DNA of 32,000 bases from Verrucomicrobiota bacterium. Its GTDB lineage: Bacteria > Verrucomicrobiota > Verrucomicrobiia > Opitutales > LL51. The notes below the pieces were generated by a model. It searched no databases. It was not told the origin of the DNA and worked only from the letters and a program-made list of their open reading frames with translations. The position numbers and the translations under genes are program-made. Shown here piece after piece: positions 29,257 to 32,000 of the stretch. The first letter of the stretch is position 1, and each line of letters starts with the position of its first letter. The DNA is taken from positions 1-32,000 of the forward strand of contig CP095464.1 of assembly GCA_021294815.2 (NCBI GenBank). The letters are read 5' to 3'.

Positions 29257-30168
29257 CTATGAGGATAACAGAAAACGCTCCGCTAAAATCGCTGCCGCGG
29301 CTCCCATGCCCGCTGCCGTAATCGCCTGTCGATAATGAACATCGCAACAATCTCCTGCTGTAAATATCCCCGGAATTTCGGTTGTCCCGATCGACGTAAA
29401 GTAGCCGTTCGCATCTAACGACAGTTGATCTTTAAAAACCGTCGTATTAGGGATATGTCCAATGGCTAAAAATACACCACTACACTGAAGATCCTGCTCT
29501 CGATCGCCTGAACGGACGCGCACGTGCGTTACCTTTTGATCGCCGCAAATTTTCAGCGGGACTGTGTTCCATAAAACTTCAATTTTGGGATTATTTAAAA
29601 CGCGTTCCGCCATGATTTTTGAGGCACGAAATTGATCGCGCCGATGAACTATGGTCACCTTTGAGCAGAAATGGGTTAAAAAATTCGCTTCTTCGCAGGC
29701 TGAGTCGCCACCGCCGATTACCACAACTTCGCGATTTTTAAAAAAGGCACCGTCACAGGTCGCGCAAACGCTTACACCCTTTCCTCCGAAAAATTCACGT
29801 TCTCCAGGAATATTCAACATTCGTGGTGCTGCACCCGTAGCAATGATGATCGCTCGGGATTGTTTTTTTTGATCGCCACAATAAAGGCATTTCTCGCGAA
29901 GCTCGGCATGATCTACATGGGCCGATAAAAAATGAGCACCAAAACGCTCCGCCTGTTGACGTAGGCGTTCCATCAGCTCGTAACCATTGATACCTTCGGG
30001 AAACCCTGGGAAATTTTCAATTTCTGAGGTCATGGAGAGCTGGCCTAGCGGTTGGTTCCCCTCGATGACCAGCGGTGCCAAGTTGGCACGTGCCGCATAG
30101 ATCGCCGCCGTTAACCCGGCACATCCGCTACCGATAATGACCAGCTGCTCCAGCATAACTCTATCCAT
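29257..30168 (-). CDS. trxB: Thioredoxin-disulfide reductase
   Basis: The FAD motif is VIIGSGCAGLTAAIYAAR, the redox-active site is CATCDG and the NADPH motif is VVIGGGDSACEEA. It ends 3 nt before the ruvB start. Confidence 0.95.
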   Translation of the reverse strand: MDRVMLEQLVIIGSGCAGLTAAIYAARANLAPLVIEGNQPLGQLSMTSEIENFPGFPEGINGYELMERLRQQAERFGAHFLSAHVDHAELREKCLYCGDQKKQSRAIIIATGAAPRMLNIPGEREFFGGKGVSVCATCDGAFFKNREVVVIGGGDSACEEANFLTHFCSKVTIVHRRDQFRASKIMAERVLNNPKIEVLWNTVPLKICGDQKVTHVRVRSGDREQDLQCSGVFLAIGHIPNTTVFKDQLSLDANGYFTSIGTTEIPGIFTAGDCCDVHYRQAITAAGMGAAAAILAERFLLSS

Positions 30169-30207
30169 ATATGAACCTTCAATGTCGACAAGTTTTTTCG
30201 AGTAGAG

Positions 30208-31353
30208 TTAAAACGCAAAACGTCGCGCGACTTGGCAGGCTTGAGAGCGAACCATCTGATCGACCGCTAAAATTTCCTCAAGAGTCGTATAAGTGCGATC
30301 ATCGATTTTTTCGAGTACCGCTTCCAATATTTGAGGGATGCTCAAAAATGGAATTTTATGGGCTAAAAAGAGTTCGACGGCAACCTCGTTGGCCGCATTG
30401 TACGCGATGTGAAGACTTTGCTTTCGCCGAGCTACCTCATACGCGAGTCGCAAACAGGGGAATTTTTTTAGATCCGGCGCATAGAAGTGTAACGACCCTA
30501 GAAGCGCAAGATCAAGCTTCTCGGATTGGGGAGCTATACCGCGTTCCGGGAAAAATAAGCAGGCACGTGCGGCGTAGGCTATCGAGGTCGGTGATAATTG
30601 CGCTAGCGTATTTCCATCAACAAACTCAACCAACGAATGGACAACACACTCCGGGTGAACTAAAACTTCAATTTGTTCTGCTCGGACTTGAAAAAGGTGC
30701 ATCGCCTCAATGATCTCAAGACCCTTATTGGCCATCGTCGAAGAATCGACCGTAATCTTGGCGCCCATAGACCATTTGGGATGATTCAAAACAATTTCTG
30801 GCGTCGCCGCCTCCATTTCTGAAACCGGTAAATTCCAAAACCTTCCTCCAGAAGCCGTTAGCTGCAATTTTTGAATTTCTCCTGTTTCGCCGCGCGTACA
30901 CTGAAAAATCGCGTTATGTTCGCTATCAAGAGGTAAAATTTGTACCCCCCGCTCCCGTGCACGCTGCATCACAAGATCTCCTGCCTCGACCAGAATCTCC
31001 TTACTTGCAAGAATAATATCTTTGCCGCGATCGATCGCCCGAAGCGTTGGTTTAAGGCCATCAATTCCTGAAATGGCGACAACGAGCACATCAAAATCAA
31101 GCTCCGTAACCATCGCCGTCAGACCCATCGATCCTCGATAAATTTTGCGATTGGAGGTAATATGAATCGTTTCATCGGTGATCGCGAGCGCCGAAATATT
31201 GAGCTCCAGCAACAATTCTTGTGCGCGGATAACGTTACGTTGGCATGCAATTCCAACGACTTCAAAAAATTCTCGATGGGCAGCAATCTCACGTAAAACC
31301 GTTTGCCCCACTGACCCCGTGGCACCTAAAATAACGATTCGTTTTTTTTTCAT
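30208..31353 (-). CDS. dxr: 1-deoxy-D-xylulose 5-phosphate reductoisomerase
   Basis: The NADPH motif is IVILGATGSVGQ. LPLDSEHNAIFQC and NHPKWSMGAKITVDSSTMANKGLE are also present. ATG 31353 (MKKKRIV) is preferred over the ORF-track start at 31401. Confidence 0.95.
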   Translation of the reverse strand: MKKKRIVILGATGSVGQTVLREIAAHREFFEVVGIACQRNVIRAQELLLELNISALAITDETIHITSNRKIYRGSMGLTAMVTELDFDVLVVAISGIDGLKPTLRAIDRGKDIILASKEILVEAGDLVMQRARERGVQILPLDSEHNAIFQCTRGETGEIQKLQLTASGGRFWNLPVSEMEAATPEIVLNHPKWSMGAKITVDSSTMANKGLEIIEAMHLFQVRAEQIEVLVHPECVVHSLVEFVDGNTLAQLSPTSIAYAARACLFFPERGIAPQSEKLDLALLGSLHFYAPDLKKFPCLRLAYEVARRKQSLHIAYNAANEVAVELFLAHKIPFLSIPQILEAVLEKIDDRTYTTLEEILAVDQMVRSQACQVARRFAF

Positions 31354-31544
31354 GGCGTTCTTTTTGCGCGCGGTTTCTAGCATAGAGGCCCAACAATTCA
31401 ATTCTTTTTTTAGCCTTTTTCACTTCCAGAAAATGCCGTTTTAGGTGATATTCTTTGAATTTATCGGTATTTCTCGGAATTTTTTAACAAAAATGAGTAA
31501 ATTTTCTTGACATTAAAACAGAAACACAATGGATTTGTTCCACT

Positions 31545-32000
31545 ATGGCGGCTAAAGTAAAGCCTTTGATTTTGGTAGTTGAGGATGATAGCGAGCTTTC
31601 AGACCTTATTGAGAAACAGCTACGGGTTTCGGGCATGGATGCTCAAAAGTTTTATAATGCCGATGATGCCTTGAAGTTCTTGCAGCGCTCCTTTTCGAAT
31701 TTAATGCTGCTAGACCTAAACCTACCCGATAAAAATGGGCTCGACCTCCTCGAAGACCTGAAGAAAAAGAGTATTTCGATTCCGACGATCTTTATTTCGG
31801 GTGAAAATCGAGAAGAGATCAAAGTTGCGAGTTTAGAAGCTGGAGGGGACGATTATATGACGAAGCCTTTCGGTCTGAATGAATTGCTATCACGGATTGC
31901 CGCCGTACTCCGTCGCTCAGAGCGCTCTGGTGACACCCAGTTGACCGCCAATGCCTCACTGACTGATGGCGTTTTTGAATTTTTAGGGACACAGGTTGAC
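31545..32000 (+). CDS. OmpR/PhoB-type response regulator (3'-truncated by the window edge)
   Basis: This ORF is not in the ORF track because no stop lies in the window. I translated it by hand from ATG 31545. The receiver domain reads ILVVEDD, MLLDLNLPD (phospho-acceptor Asp) and MTKPF (conserved Lys). A linker follows, then the start of a winged-helix output domain. Confidence 0.85.
   Translation, partial: MAAKVKPLILVVEDDSELSDLIEKQLRVSGMDAQKFYNADDALKFLQRSFSNLMLLDLNLPDKNGLDLLEDLKKKSISIPTIFISGENREEIKVASLEAGGDDYMTKPFGLNELLSRIAAVLRRSERSGDTQLTANASLTDGVFEFLGTQVD

Noticed and set aside
31342-31350. An A9 run directly after the dxr start codon (MKKK), and other A/T8 runs at about 9673, 12280, 23160 and 29863, considered as phase-variation tracts.
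   Set aside because: They are simple Lys or Phe codon runs inside essential single-domain genes, where a slip would just be lethal. Only the A10 at the LpxC/FabZ junction has a plausible functional outcome.
31507-31544. TTGACA at 31507-31512 as a promoter for the response regulator.
   Set aside because: At 17-nt spacing the -10 is TGGATT (3 of 6 matches). It is plausible but too weak to report as a feature.

Overview
This is a compact chromosomal window that is almost entirely coding: 34 CDS (one truncated at the 3' edge) and 2 tRNAs. I found no rRNA, CRISPR array, IS element or prophage.

Gene content:
- The window opens at dnaA, which runs with a 3-nt gap into a lipid A block (fused lpxC-fabZ, lpxA) and ndk.
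- Most of the rest is housekeeping: tRNA-Leu, hisS, thrS, der, nrdR, gpsA, dxs, tpiA, a HIT protein, tgt, prfA, glgC, a GH3 NagZ-like enzyme, an initiator-like tRNA-Met, a DUF59 Fe-S protein, an LptF/G permease, a XerC/D recombinase, ferredoxin, ruvB, trxB, dxr and a partial OmpR-type response regulator.
- Genes are tightly packed, with many 4-nt ATGA overlaps. Three convergent pairs overlap at their 3' ends.

Likely source: the lpxC-fabZ fusion together with prepilin-leader proteins carrying a DUF1559-like C-terminal tail suggests a PVC-superphylum organism (Verrucomicrobiota, Lentisphaerota or Kiritimatiellota type). This is inference only.

Leads worth following:
1. A minus-strand cluster at 28161->24045, in which a MoxR AAA+ ATPase and a DUF58 (VWA-like) protein are followed by three tandem divergent prepilin-like paralogs instead of the usual VWA/TPR (Bat-type) partners.
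2. An adenylate-kinase-family protein with a long N-terminal extension that begins with a signal peptide.
3. A poly-acidic unknown protein translationally coupled to a second FabZ-like dehydratase, plus an orphan AcpXL-like ACP elsewhere in the window.
4. An A10 tract exactly at the LpxC/FabZ domain junction.
5. An initiator-type tRNA with a Watson-Crick 1:72 pair.

All functional calls come from motif recognition by eye. No database search was possible.
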